Positions 46,211-46,776 of a stretch of DNA of 46,776 bases are shown in pieces. Source of the DNA: a virus (Duplodnaviria; Caudoviricetes). Both the position numbers and the translations under genes were made by a program. The notes beneath the pieces are model-generated. The model searched no databases, was not told where the DNA came from, and saw nothing but the letters and a program-made list of their open reading frames with translations. Location: positions 1 to 46,776 of the IMG/VR virus record IMGVR_UViG_3300025600_000026; one strand, 5' to 3'. How positions within the stretch are numbered: the first letter of the stretch is position 1; each line of letters opens with the position of its first letter.

Positions 46211-46263
46211 AACATGTTGTGCAACAGCTTTGGTTAGATCGGTTGATTTACGTTGTATATTTA
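46211..46263 (+). promoter_or_regulatory. tandem operator plus degenerate -7 box
   Basis: AACATGTT-GTGC-AACAGCTT, 25 nt gap, TATATTTA. Confidence 0.65.
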
Positions 46264-46308
46264 CATCATGAAACAGCAAGGAAGCTGGATCTGAAAAAAC
46301 GATAAGCC

Positions 46309-46644
46309 ATGACACAATTACAACAGGATACAGAATCTTATTTAAGCGAAAACGGTGCAATTATATCTATCGCGCCAGAAGGTAATCAGTGGTGCCAATA
46401 TCCATCGGGCAGACCAATTAATAGCAAAGGAATGACCGTGATGATTCAGTTTAATGGCAGAACAGCAGTTGGACAAAATTTTGATTCTGCAATAATTTCG
46501 CTTAAAAAAGCTGGTAAAATTGATCTATTTCAATTCGGATATGATAATTGCCCTAAATGTTCAGGTTCTGGGAATATGGGATCAAATATTGATGGTGGAA
46601 TATGCTACAAATGTTCTGGAACTGGAATTTTAAAACGTAAATAA
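46309..46644 (+). CDS. protein with a DnaJ-type zinc finger
   Basis: CPKCSGSG and CYKCSGTG. Confidence 0.7.
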   Translation: MTQLQQDTESYLSENGAIISIAPEGNQWCQYPSGRPINSKGMTVMIQFNGRTAVGQNFDSAIISLKKAGKIDLFQFGYDNCPKCSGSGNMGSNIDGGICYKCSGTGILKRK

Positions 46645-46653
46645 AACCATAAA

Positions 46654-46776
46654 ATGGAAACAATTAATGAAGCAGTAAATGAGTCTGCCATAAAATCAAT
46701 AAATAAATCACTTGATAAGAATGGTTTGTTGTCGAGTACTTACATGGGCGGATTTAAAAACGGCGTTGAATTTGCA
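46654..46776 (+). CDS. partial ORF, probable third DUF551-like paralog
   Basis: METINEA...GFKNGVEFA, runs off the window end. Confidence 0.55.
   Translation, partial: METINEAVNESAIKSINKSLDKNGLLSSTYMGGFKNGVEFA

Noticed and set aside
1-46776. Complete circular genome
   Set aside because: The terminal DUF551-like ORF does not continue plausibly into position 1, and there is no terminal repeat
1-46776. Stop codon reassignment
   Set aside because: Long genes are intact under code 11, TAG and TGA end genes normally, and there is no suppressor tRNA

Overview
The window is a 46.8 kb section, apparently most of the genome, of an AT-rich tailed dsDNA phage. Essentially all genes lie on the + strand, and the two ends do not join into a circle. 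A Bacteroidota host is inferred from many TAnnTTTG (-7) promoter boxes, A-rich starts without Shine-Dalgarno sites, and DUF3127, DUF2586 and Fib_succ_major family proteins. Gene order: tRNA region; terminase; Mu-like head genes (DUF935 portal, gpF, gpG); baseplate; ClpP-type protease/scaffold; capsid; contractile tail with a -1 frameshifted chaperone; adsorption genes; lysis (GH19 endolysin); then a long early region with recombination, replication (initiator with iterons, prim-pol/helicase), nucleases and many small ORFs. No integrase, reverse transcriptase or CRISPR array is visible. The most unusual content is non-coding. (1) A circularly permuted two-piece tmRNA gene with no room for pseudoknot 1 (36097-36400, tag GKTIEMKMAA). 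(2) Three HNH-AP2 endonuclease genes, each preceded by a promoter and a kissing-loop leader with its own compensating loop pair. (3) A candidate ~64-nt sRNA (30477-30540) whose 5' end is antisense to an AAAAACGAT motif just upstream of about a dozen start codons. (4) A tandem AACATGTT operator at a fixed 25-nt distance from five promoters. (5) A tRNA-like element with no anticodon arm. Protein-level oddities are a nested, circularly permuted Fib_succ_major tail protein and a GIY-YIG nuclease fused to the stump of a GH108 lysin. All family assignments come from motif recognition by eye, not database searches.
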